From an uncultured Alphaproteobacteria bacterium (GTDB taxonomy: Bacteria; Pseudomonadota; Alphaproteobacteria; Rhizobiales; Rhizobiaceae): a stretch of 64,000 bases of DNA. Below the pieces are notes generated by a model that ran no database searches, had not been told where the DNA came from, and was given only the letters and a program-made list of their open reading frames with translations. The stretch is taken from the NCBI GenBank assembly GCA_963760965.1, contig CAVXEW010000007.1, positions 446,483 to 510,482 of the forward strand, written 5' to 3'. The translations under genes and the position numbers were made by a program. Shown in pieces: positions 12,467 to 20,998 of this stretch; positions within the stretch are counted from its first letter, which is position 1, and every line of letters begins with the position of its first letter.

Positions 12467-13384
12467 ATGACACTCGAACAGTTGCGCATATTCGTCGCAG
12501 TGGCCGAGCGCGAACACGTGACCCGCGCAGCGCGGGCACTCAACATGACACAGTCGGCGACGAGTGCTGCCGTGGCTGCCCTGGAGTCGCGCTATCGGAC
12601 ACGGCTCTTCAGCCGGGTCGGCCGGGGCATCGAACTCACCGAGGCCGGGCGGCTTTTCCTGGCCGAGGCGCGGGCGGTGCTCGCACGCGCGACAGCGGCC
12701 GAATCCATGCTCGCCGAGCTTGCCGGCCTCAGGCGCGGCACGGTCCGCCTCGCCGCCAGCCAGACAGTGGCGAACTACTGGCTGCCGCCCCGTATGACGC
12801 GCTTCCACCAGGAGTTTCCGGATATCGGCCTGCCACTCAGGATCGGCAACACCGAGCAGGTCGCCGGCATGGTCGATGACGGCAGCGCCGACCTCGGCTT
12901 CATCGAGGGCGATCTCGATGCGCCACGGCTCGCCGTGCAGAAGGTCGCCGACGACCGCCTCGTCCTTGTCGTCCACCGCGGGCACCCCTGGGAGCGGCGC
13001 GCGCCCGAGGACTGGTCCGCCCTGGCAACCTCCCGCTGGGTCCTTCGCGAGCCCGGCTCGGGCACCCGCCTGATGTTCGAGAACGCGTTGCGGAACCATG
13101 GACTTCGGCTGTCCGACCTCGACATCGCGATGGAACTTCCCTCGAACGAGGCCGTGCTGGCAGCAACCTGCGCGGGAGGCGGCGCCACCGTAATGTCCGA
13201 ACTCGCAGCGGTTTCCGCGCTGCGTTCCCGCCTGGCCGTCGTCGTGCCGTTCGGATTGCCGATGCGCAGCTTCTATCTCGTCCACCATTCGCAGCGCCAT
13301 CTTGGTCCGACGGCCAGCGCCTTCAGGAAGGCAGCCGTCGCGCCCGCCGGTGCACTCCCGCCGCCGGTCGCGGCGCATGCGTGA
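12467..13384 (+). CDS. LysR family transcriptional regulator
   Basis: N-terminal HTH MTLEQLRIFVAVAEREHVTRAARALNMTQSATSAAVAALE. 305 aa, divergent from the acyl-CoA synthetase gene. Confidence 0.9.
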   Translation: MTLEQLRIFVAVAEREHVTRAARALNMTQSATSAAVAALESRYRTRLFSRVGRGIELTEAGRLFLAEARAVLARATAAESMLAELAGLRRGTVRLAASQTVANYWLPPRMTRFHQEFPDIGLPLRIGNTEQVAGMVDDGSADLGFIEGDLDAPRLAVQKVADDRLVLVVHRGHPWERRAPEDWSALATSRWVLREPGSGTRLMFENALRNHGLRLSDLDIAMELPSNEAVLAATCAGGGATVMSELAAVSALRSRLAVVVPFGLPMRSFYLVHHSQRHLGPTASAFRKAAVAPAGALPPPVAAHA

Positions 13385-13595
13385 AACGGAGATGCGAAGA
13401 CAGGGACGCCGAACCGCATTCGATGTAGGTTTCGCCGGTGCCTCATCCGAAGGCCGTAGGTAGCGAAACCGTTCGAGCCGTTGCACCTCGGGTACACGCA
13501 AAGGTTAAACTGGCGGCGCGGCCGGACAGTGCCGCCGATCAGCGCGTTGGTTGCTGGCTTCCGGAATTTCTTCACGAACTCGAGGGGCATCGCCG

Positions 13596-15860
13596 ATGAC
13601 GCGGCAAGCATGGCTAGGCATTGCAGCGCTCGGGCTGATCGTGCTGGCGGTCCTGGGCGGAGCCGTCATGCACGAACGCGACCGGCGGGTTGAATTCGTT
13701 TCACTTGCCAAAGGCGAGAGCGACATCCATCCGGGCCGCACGTTCGAGGCCGCCTTCCTTCGCCCGGCTCCGTCGAACGCAACCGCGGTCCTGACCGGCG
13801 GCGGAGTAACCCTCGCCACCACCGTCAGGCGCGTGGAAGGCGCCCCCTCGCGACTTTCGATCCGGCCCGACGCGCCCCTGCAATGGGCAAGTTCCTATCG
13901 TCTCTGCATCCTGCAGCAGCATCAGCGCTATGTGCAACTACTGATCGGGCCCCGCACGAATTGCATCTCCTTTCGGACGCGGAAGAAGCCGCCACCTTCC
14001 GGCCCGGCTGACGCGCCCATTCTCGTCGTCACCGGGCGCGACGCCCTCTACGGTGCGTTCTATGGTGAGATCCTGAAGGCGGAGGGACTGAACAGCTACG
14101 CCACGCGGTCCTCCGGAGACTTTGGCGCCAAAGCCCTCGATGACCGCAAGGTCGTCGTCCTCGCCACATCCATGCTCGGGGAACCCGCGATCGAGGCCCT
14201 CTCGTCCTGGGTTCGCCGGGGTGGTCTTCTGATCGCCATGCGGCCGCAACCGGAACTCTATCCCCTCCTCGGCCTGAAGCGGTTTTCCGCCGGCTCGCTC
14301 AACGCGGCCTCGCTTCTCGCCGACCGTACCCTCAGCGCTTCTCGCGGCATCTCCGGACGGCCGCTCCGGCTCCACGGCCAGATCGGGTTGCTCACCCCCT
14401 CCAGAGACGACCGGACTTCGGCAGCCGGCGGACGCGACGCGGGCGACGGCACTGCCGGCGAGGACGTCCGCACCCTCGCGCAGCTGGCGGATGTCCACGA
14501 CAAGCCGTTGCCTTACGCGGCAGCCACCATCGTGAAGCGCGGCCGCGGGCATGCCGTTGCATTCGCCTTCGACCTGGCGACTTCCATCGTGCTCTCCCGC
14601 CAGGGAAACCCGCTGTGGGCAGGCAATGAGCGTGACCATTCCGTGAACCGGCGGCCGGACGACCTTTTCTATCCCGACTTCGTCGACCTCGACAACGTGG
14701 AGGTGCCGCAGGCCGACGAACTACAGCGGCTGTTTGCCAACACCATCGTCTCCGACGCGCCGCAGCCGGTTCCAAGGTTCTGGTATCTGCCGGGAAACCG
14801 GCGGGCGGCCATCATCATGGCCGGGGACGACCACGCCACCAGGAACGGAACCCGATCCCTGTTCGACCGCCTCGAGGCGGAAAGCCCCCCCGGATGCCGA
14901 CGCGACGCCTGGAATTGCCTGCGCGCCACCTCCTACCTCACGCCTCCGACAAAGCTGGCGCGTCCGCTTGCCGAGCACTACTCGAGGCTCGGCTTCGAAC
15001 TGGGCGTCCATGTGGACAGCGGGTGCAGGAACCGCCCGACGAAGGCGGTGGCGAACGCCGTCCGAAAGCAGATGGTCGCCTTTCACGACCGCTACCCGCT
15101 TCTCCCCCCGCAGACGACGCACCGCATTCACTGCATCGTCTGGAACGGCTGGGTCGACCTACCGCGCATCGAGCGGCAAAACGGCATCCGGCTAGATATG
15201 AACTACTATTACTGGCCGCCCTGGTGGATCAAGCAGCGCCCGGGTTTCATGACGGGATCGGGTTTCCCGATGCCCTATGTGGACGAGAACGGCAAGGTGC
15301 TCGATATCTACCAGGCCGCCTCGCACCTGGTGAACCAGGACGGTGTGCCGCAGGAGTACGGCATTTCGGTCATGCTCGACCGCGCCCTCGGCAACGACCA
15401 GTTCTTCGCCGCTCTCGGAACCCACTACGACTATACCGACCGGTTTGCCGACCGCCTCGTCAATGCAGCCCGGGAGCGCGGCGTCGCCCTGATCACGGCG
15501 CGTCAGATGCTCGCCTGGCTTGACGGACGCAACGGTTCGCGCTTCAGCCGCATGCAGTGGAACGGCACGAGCCTGACCTTCGCGACGGACGTCCACCCGG
15601 GCGCCGAGCACGCCTCCGTGATGCTGCCCGCTTCCTTCGCGCATTCACGGCTGGCCGCCCTGACCTGCGGCGACCGGGCGATGCCGGTGACCCGGCAGAC
15701 CATAAAGGGTCTCGAATACGGCTTTGCGCCCGCGTTTTCCGGAGAATGCGAAGCTCGCTACGTCGCCGAGGGCGGAACTGGCGCCCCTGCCGCAAAAGGC
15801 GAGGAAGACCGGCCGACGGGCTCGATCCCGAACAGCGGAGACGCCGGATCCCGCCACTGA
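13596..15860 (+). CDS. uncharacterised membrane-anchored/exported protein, 754 aa
   Basis: N-terminal anchor MTRQAWLGIAALGLIVLAVLGGAV and a long uninterrupted ORF with ordinary composition. I recognise no family. My impression of a class-I amidotransferase-like middle and a deacetylase/hydrolase-barrel-like C-terminal half (HVDSGC, HRIHCIVWNGW, NYYYWPPWW) is weak. Confidence 0.6.
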   Translation: MTRQAWLGIAALGLIVLAVLGGAVMHERDRRVEFVSLAKGESDIHPGRTFEAAFLRPAPSNATAVLTGGGVTLATTVRRVEGAPSRLSIRPDAPLQWASSYRLCILQQHQRYVQLLIGPRTNCISFRTRKKPPPSGPADAPILVVTGRDALYGAFYGEILKAEGLNSYATRSSGDFGAKALDDRKVVVLATSMLGEPAIEALSSWVRRGGLLIAMRPQPELYPLLGLKRFSAGSLNAASLLADRTLSASRGISGRPLRLHGQIGLLTPSRDDRTSAAGGRDAGDGTAGEDVRTLAQLADVHDKPLPYAAATIVKRGRGHAVAFAFDLATSIVLSRQGNPLWAGNERDHSVNRRPDDLFYPDFVDLDNVEVPQADELQRLFANTIVSDAPQPVPRFWYLPGNRRAAIIMAGDDHATRNGTRSLFDRLEAESPPGCRRDAWNCLRATSYLTPPTKLARPLAEHYSRLGFELGVHVDSGCRNRPTKAVANAVRKQMVAFHDRYPLLPPQTTHRIHCIVWNGWVDLPRIERQNGIRLDMNYYYWPPWWIKQRPGFMTGSGFPMPYVDENGKVLDIYQAASHLVNQDGVPQEYGISVMLDRALGNDQFFAALGTHYDYTDRFADRLVNAARERGVALITARQMLAWLDGRNGSRFSRMQWNGTSLTFATDVHPGAEHASVMLPASFAHSRLAALTCGDRAMPVTRQTIKGLEYGFAPAFSGECEARYVAEGGTGAPAAKGEEDRPTGSIPNSGDAGSRH

Positions 15861-16008
15861 CCCCCCCCGCCGCGGTCGCCCGTCCTCCGCGGCACCTCCG
15901 CAGCCTGCGGTAACGCGGCGGCGATACGTCTCGCAGCGCTCGCCGGAGGAATGCCAGCAAGCGCGACATTCGCCCCGCCGGCACGCCTCTGACCTTTCGG
16001 AAAATCTG

Positions 16009-16093
16009 TGGTGCCCCTGGCCGGGATCGAACCAGCACTCCTTGCGGAACGCGATTTTGAGTCGCGCGCGTCTACCAATTCCGCCACAGGGGC
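16009..16093 (-). tRNA. tRNA-Leu (anticodon CAA), type II with long variable arm
   Basis: Reverse complement GCCCCTGTGGCGGAATTGGTAGACGCGCGCGACTCAAAATCGCGTTCCGCAAGGAGTGCTGGTTCGATCCCGGCCAGGGGCACCA. Acceptor stem of 7 bp, anticodon loop CTCAAAA, TTCGATC T-loop, encoded CCA. Confidence 0.95.
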
Positions 16094-16126
16094 ATCGCGC
16101 GTTGTCGACCGTCGCGATGCCGCCGG

Positions 16127-16154
16127 ACTATAAGGACCGGCAATTTCGCGTCAA
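16127..16154 (-). promoter_or_regulatory. sigma70-type promoter candidate for tRNA-Leu
   Basis: Minus strand reads TTGACG-N16-TATAGT, with the -10 element ending 33 nt upstream of the mature tRNA 5' end. Confidence 0.4.
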
Positions 16155-16257
16155 CACGCTTTTTGGCCGGCCGTCGGGCAATCATCAGAAGGCCGGTGTG
16201 ATAACGTCCTGTTTACCTTGCGTGGGAATCTTCGTAGAAGCGCCCGCATCCTCAGCA

Positions 16258-16857
16258 ATGGATTTCCCCATGCTCCGACGCCTTTACGACTGGACGATGT
16301 CGCTGGCCGGTCGCCGATCGGCGGAAATCTGGCTCGCCGTGGTCGCCTTCGTCGAGAGCTCGGTGTTCCTCATCCCCGCCGACGTCCTCTTCATCCCCAT
16401 GGGGCTCGCGCGCCCGCAGCGCGCCTATCGCTATGCCGTCGTCGCGACGGCGGCATCCGTTCTGGGCGGCATCGCCGGGTGGTTCCTGGGCCATCTGGCC
16501 TATGAGGCGATCGCCGTCCCGGTTCTCAGATTCTACGGGAAGTACGATGCCTTCGAGGCGCTACGCGCCTCCGCCTCGACCGACTGGGTCCTTCTGTTGC
16601 TGGTCACCTCCGGCATCGCTCACCTTCCGCCTATAAAGGTCGTGACCATTCTGTCGGGCGCGATGGGCGTGAATCTCTGGCTGTTCGTCATATCGGCAGT
16701 CATCGCGCGCGGCGCCCGCTTCGTGGCCATCGCATGGCTGCTCCGGGGATACGGCGAGCCGATCAGGCACTTCATCGAAAAGCGCCTCGGACTGCTCGCC
16801 ACGGGCCTCGCCCTCGTCATTGTCCTCTTCTTCACAGTCTATCGCTATCTGCTGTAG
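16258..16857 (+). CDS. YqaA/DedA-like inner membrane protein
   Basis: MDFPMLRRLYDWTMSLAGRRSAEIWLAVVAFVESSVFLIPADVLFIPM... matches the YqaA-family N-terminal pattern. Four or five TM segments. Confidence 0.7.
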   Translation: MDFPMLRRLYDWTMSLAGRRSAEIWLAVVAFVESSVFLIPADVLFIPMGLARPQRAYRYAVVATAASVLGGIAGWFLGHLAYEAIAVPVLRFYGKYDAFEALRASASTDWVLLLLVTSGIAHLPPIKVVTILSGAMGVNLWLFVISAVIARGARFVAIAWLLRGYGEPIRHFIEKRLGLLATGLALVIVLFFTVYRYLL

Positions 16858-16884
16858 GACAAAGCTTCCAAGGAGCGCATCCGC

Positions 16885-17415
16885 ATGACCCTGACAGACA
16901 CGACCGGCCGCAACCAGGTCATCGGCGCGGCCTTCCTCGCGCTTGCAATGGCGGCGGTGATAGCCATCGTCCTGTGGTTCCAGTATTACGGCGGCTACCG
17001 GCCCTGCGAACTGTGCCTGAAGGAGCGCGTGCCATACTACGTGGGCATTCCGCTCATGCTGGCGGCGCTCGTTGCGGGCCTGATGGGCATGAGGCCGGCC
17101 GTCACCCGGGGCCTACTTGCGGCCGGCGCGGTGCTCATGCTGGCCGGCGCCGGCCTCAGCATCTACCATGCCGGCGTCGAATGGCATTTCTGGCCGGGTC
17201 CCGACAGCTGCACCGGCGGTTCCAGCGTGACCAACGCCGACGCGGGCTCGCTGCTCGCCGACCTGAACGCAATCACTCCGCCGTCCTGCGACGTCGCGGC
17301 GGGCCGCTTCCTCGGGCTCTCCTTCTCGGGATGGAATGTCGTCGCAGCCCTGATACTGGCGGCGATCGCCACCAGGTGCGCCTTTGGCGCCGCCGGAGAC
17401 GACACCGCGCTCTGA
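16885..17415 (+). CDS. dsbB: disulfide bond formation protein B family
   Basis: 176 aa, 4 TM. First periplasmic loop has CELC; a second cysteine pair is present (DSCTGG...PPSCD). Confidence 0.75.
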   Translation: MTLTDTTGRNQVIGAAFLALAMAAVIAIVLWFQYYGGYRPCELCLKERVPYYVGIPLMLAALVAGLMGMRPAVTRGLLAAGAVLMLAGAGLSIYHAGVEWHFWPGPDSCTGGSSVTNADAGSLLADLNAITPPSCDVAAGRFLGLSFSGWNVVAALILAAIATRCAFGAAGDDTAL

Positions 17416-17419
17416 ATCC

Positions 17420-17977
17420 TCAGGGCTGCAGCTCGACGTCCCAGTACAGGTAGTCCATCCAGCTTTCGTGAAGATAGTTCGGCGGGAACATCCTGCCATT
17501 CTGGTGCAGATCGTGCACGGTCGGCTGGAAGGGCTTCTGGTGCGGAAACATTCCCGCCTTGCGCGGCATGTTCCCGCCCTTCCGGAGGTTGCAAGGAGAA
17601 CACGCGGCGACCACGTTTTCCCACGTCGTTTCGCCGCCACAGCGCCGCGGAACGACGTGGTCGAACGTAAGGTCCTCGCGTGATCCGCAGTACTGGCACT
17701 GAAACTTGTCGCGCAGAAAGACATTGAAGCGCGTGAACGCCGGGTGGCGCGATGGCTTGATGTAGCTCTTCAGGCAGACGACGCTCGGCACTCTCATCGT
17801 GAAGCTCGGCGACGACACCGCGTGTTCGTATTCGGCGACGATGTGGACCCGGTCCAGGAATACGGCCTTGATCGCGTCCTGCCAGGACCAAAGCGACAAG
17901 GGGTAGTAACTCAGCGGCCTGTAGTCGGCATTCAGGACAAGTGCCGGCAGAGACTGCGGTGAAACAGAAATCGTCAA
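17420..17977 (-). CDS. HNH endonuclease family protein
   Basis: CQYCG...DHVVPRRCGGETTWENVVAACSPCNLRKG (HNH/zinc motif). 185 aa. Confidence 0.85.
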   Translation of the reverse strand: MTISVSPQSLPALVLNADYRPLSYYPLSLWSWQDAIKAVFLDRVHIVAEYEHAVSSPSFTMRVPSVVCLKSYIKPSRHPAFTRFNVFLRDKFQCQYCGSREDLTFDHVVPRRCGGETTWENVVAACSPCNLRKGGNMPRKAGMFPHQKPFQPTVHDLHQNGRMFPPNYLHESWMDYLYWDVELQP

Positions 17978-18091
17978 GGGCTTCTCCTGATCGATTCGGT
18001 TACTGCCACCTACATATTAGGCGCCTTGCTACAGGATTGTGAAGCTGATTCGAAAAAGACCCCGGAGCCAAGTCCCCAGGATCGCACCATT

Positions 18092-18781
18092 TTAGCCGAC
18101 CGGCTGCAGGCTGCGGCGCATTTCGCGCGAGTAGTAGGCCCAGAACAGCCGCGCGGCGACCGCCCGCCACGGGCGCCAGCCGGAAGCAATCTGCGATAGC
18201 GCACGCGCATCCGGCCTCTCGTCGAGCCCGAAAGCATGCGCGACGGCGTTCTGCAGCGCGATGTCGCCCGCCGGGAAGACGTCCGGATGACCGGCGCAGA
18301 AGAGCAGGTACACCTCGGCGGTCCACGCGCCGACACCCCGGATGGACGTCAGCTGGCCGATCGCCTGGGGCGCCGGCATGACACACACCCGGGTCAGGTC
18401 CAGGCGCCCTTCGATCTCGGCGGCCGCCATGGCGCGCAGGGTCGCTTCCTTCGCTCGCGACAGGCCAATCGCCCGGCAGGCGTCACCGGTCAGTCCAGCA
18501 CATGCCGCGGCGGTCACCGTGCCCGCATGGCTGACCAGGCGCTGCCAGATCGCATCCGCGCTGGCCCGCGAGACCATCTGCCCGACGACGATCCGCGCCA
18601 TGCCCGAAAAGCCGGGCGCATCCAGCCGCAGCGGCAGGTCGCCCGCCCGTTCGGCCACCGCTGCGAGCCGGTGATCGGCCTTGCGCAGCGCAGCAAGCCC
18701 CGCTTCGACGTCTGCCGGACCGGAGATCCGGTGAAATTGCGCTTCCTTCATGACTTCACGTAGCAGTATCGCACGTTTCAT
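18092..18781 (-). CDS. DNA-3-methyladenine glycosylase II family (AlkA-like HhH-GPD)
   Basis: HhH-GPD region LTSIRGVGAWTAEVYLLFCAGHPDVFPAGDIALQNAV. Intact 219-229 aa. Confidence 0.8.
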   Translation of the reverse strand: MKRAILLREVMKEAQFHRISGPADVEAGLAALRKADHRLAAVAERAGDLPLRLDAPGFSGMARIVVGQMVSRASADAIWQRLVSHAGTVTAAACAGLTGDACRAIGLSRAKEATLRAMAAAEIEGRLDLTRVCVMPAPQAIGQLTSIRGVGAWTAEVYLLFCAGHPDVFPAGDIALQNAVAHAFGLDERPDARALSQIASGWRPWRAVAARLFWAYYSREMRRSLQPVG

Positions 18782-18795
18782 GCCAGAAGGTCGTC

Positions 18796-19724
18796 ATGTC
18801 CGACCCCGATCGACCGCGTGTTCCGGTTCGCTCCAAGCCCGAACGGCCTGCTGCATCTCGGCCACGCGCTGTCAGCGATGGTCAACTGCAGAAGCGGCGG
18901 AGCGAATGGGGCGGCCGTTTCCTGCTGCGGATCGAGGATATCGATCTCGATCGCTGCCGGCCCGCCTTCGAGGCCGCCATCTTGCGGGACCTCGCCTGGC
19001 TCGGCCTGAGCTGGGAGGAACCGGTGCGGCGCCAGTCGCGGCACTTCGACGACTACCGTGCCGCTCTCGACGTTCTGATCGATGCAGGCCTCGCCTACCC
19101 CTCGTTCCTGACCCGAGGCGAAGTCCGGCAGGCAGTTTCGGCGGCCGAGGACGAGGGAACCGGATGGCCCCGCGATCCTGACGGCGCTCCACTTTTCCCG
19201 GTCGGCGAACGGCATCGCTCCGATGCCGAGCGCAGGGAACTGATCGGGAGCGGCGCGCCCTTCGCCTGGCGCCTTGACATGGAGAAGGCGCTGGATCTGG
19301 CCGGCGGGGACATCGGCTGGACGGAGACCGGACAGCGGACCGGAGGGGGAAACCGGGCGAGGTCGCGGCCGACGCGCGGCGCTGGGGCGACGTGGTTCTG
19401 GCACGGAAGGATACGCCCGCCGCCTACCATCTCGCCGTGGTCGTCGACGACGCCCTGCAAGGTATCACGCACGTCGTGCGGGGACGAGACCTGTTCCACG
19501 CCACCTCGGTGCACAGGCTCCTTCAGGTCCTGCTCGGCCTGCCCGCTCCGCTGTACCACCACCACCGGCTCGTGCTCGGGGACGACGGACGGAAGCTCTC
19601 CAAGAGCCGCGGCGACACCGCGATCGCATCGCTGCGCGAGGCCGGGCTCACGCCCGGTGACATCCGACGTCTGGTAGCGCTCCCGACGGAGGCTTCCGTC
19701 AGATCCGCAGCACGAAACGCTTGA
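18796..19724 (+). pseudogene. gluQ: glutamyl-Q tRNA(Asp) synthetase gene interrupted by several +1 frameshifts
   Basis: Motifs are spread over three frames. FRFAPSPNGLLHLGHALSAMVN is in frame 2, AEAAERMG in frame 0, and GRFLLRIEDIDLDRCRPAFEAAILRDLAWLGLSWEEP...WTETG in frame 1. SGPEGETG is in frame 2, and EVAADARRWGDVVLARKDTPAAYHLAVVVDD...GRKLSKSRGD in frame 0. Confidence 0.8.
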
Positions 19725-19983
19725 AGACCGCCGTGACGAAGAGCACGGCGAAGGCCGCGGAGATCGCATAGGCTGTCAGCATGTCCACCGGAGGGGAAAG
19801 ACCGAGCTTCTCAAGGCCGGAGATCCCGAGCACGAAGCCGCTCGCCAGGACCAGCGTGTTGCCGAAGGGACCGAAACCCTGGTCCCCCATGACGCCATGC
19901 ATCGCATGGCCGACGATGAAACCGGCCATCAGCCCGAGGGCTGCGACGAGCATCAGCATCTGGATCGACATGCCTGCATACAT
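19699..19983 (-). CDS. hypothetical small membrane protein (about 94 aa)
   Basis: MYAGMSIQMLMLVAALGLMAGFIVGHAM... with 3 hydrophobic segments. GGAGGTG lies 9 nt upstream of the 19983 ATG. Its 3' end overlaps the gluQ 3' end convergently. Confidence 0.5.
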   Translation of the reverse strand: MYAGMSIQMLMLVAALGLMAGFIVGHAMHGVMGDQGFGPFGNTLVLASGFVLGISGLEKLGLSPPVDMLTAYAISAAFAVLFVTAVFKRFVLRI

Positions 19984-20090
19984 CCGAGTCCACCTCCGAA
20001 GAAGAAGCAGCAATCATATTAGCAGAGATAACCGTCTCTCGCCCCAGGAATGACGCGACATGTTTAACGCCGGGGTAACGCGAGCCGCGC

Positions 20091-20927
20091 TTATTGCTTG
20101 AGCGCAAGAATAGAGGCGTTGAGCTCGGCGCCCGAAAATGAATATCGCCGAAATCATGTAGAGAAAGACCAGTGCGATCATGATCGAGGCCAGTCCTGCA
20201 TAGGTCGAGACGTAGCTGGCGAAGCCTTCGAGATAGGCGGCGAAGACGGAAGCCCCGGCAAGCCAGCAAAGGACGGTCAGCGCAATGCCCGGCATGACGT
20301 CGACGAGGCGCCGCTTGCCGGCTGGGAGCCAGATGTGGACGACGATGAGCCCGCAGACGAGGACGGCGCCGGCGATCAGGACGCGCCAGTTGTTGATCAG
20401 CGACGTCACCTCGGCGAGCAGCGGCAGCCAGCGCTGCACCAGCCCGAGGAAGAGCGGCACCAGCACGAGGAGGATGCTCGACGGCCATGAAGACGAAGAC
20501 GGCGATCAGGACGAACAGCAGGCTCTGCGCGCGCGACCAGTACCACGCGCGCCGGTCCGAGACGCGATAGGCGCGGTTGAGGGACACCCTCAGCGCCTCC
20601 ACCCCGTTCGACGCGAAGAAGGCGGCGGCGAGCACGCTGACGCGTCAGCAGCCCGCGGTGCTGCTCCGTCATCACCCGCACCGCCTCGCTGGCGATCGGC
20701 TGGGCGATCACCTCCGGCCAGGTGTCGAAGATCAGATGGCGGGCGGTGTCGGCGAACTCGCGCGCGCCGAGGAAGCTCGACAGCGCCGTTCCGAAGATGA
20801 TGAAGGGAAAGAGCGCAAGCAGCGTCGACAGCGCCACGTGGCTCGCCATCGCCCAGCCGTCGTCGGCGTTGAAATGGCCGACCGCATTGGCGACGATCCG
20901 CCAACTCAGCTTGAGAACGTGCTGCAT
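20091..20927 (-). pseudogene. YihY/BrkB (virulence factor BrkB / RNase BN-like) family membrane protein gene with three +1 frameshifts
   Basis: MQHVLKLSWRIVANAVGHFNADDGWAMASHVALSTLLALFPF...GLLT continues in the next frame as VSVLAAAFFASNGVEALRVSLNRAY...FVFMAV. It then continues as SILLVLVPLFLGLVQRW...YMISAIFIFG, and finally as AELNASILALKQ-stop. Confidence 0.75.
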
Positions 20928-20998
20928 GAGCCCTGCCGCGATTGTTTCCCGGCTATGAATATGGGAAAGCTGACGGAATTGAAACAGCGAGGCGTCAC

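Noticed and set aside
15758-16087. 109-aa ORF (MAELVDARDSKSRSARSAGSIPARGTT...) overlapping the tRNA-Leu gene.
   Set aside because: This is the familiar spurious translation of a tRNA sequence. The region folds into a canonical type II tRNA with a CAA anticodon.
7705-16093. Possible genomic island inserted at the 3' end of tRNA-Leu (flippase, GNAT, acyl-CoA synthetase, LysR, 754-aa protein).
   Set aside because: There is no integrase, transposase or phage gene. I found no direct repeat of the tRNA 3' end when reading the secA-flippase spacer (7705-7883). By eye, the codon and GC character are not different from the flanks. I did not run a composition or repeat search, so this is a weak rejection.
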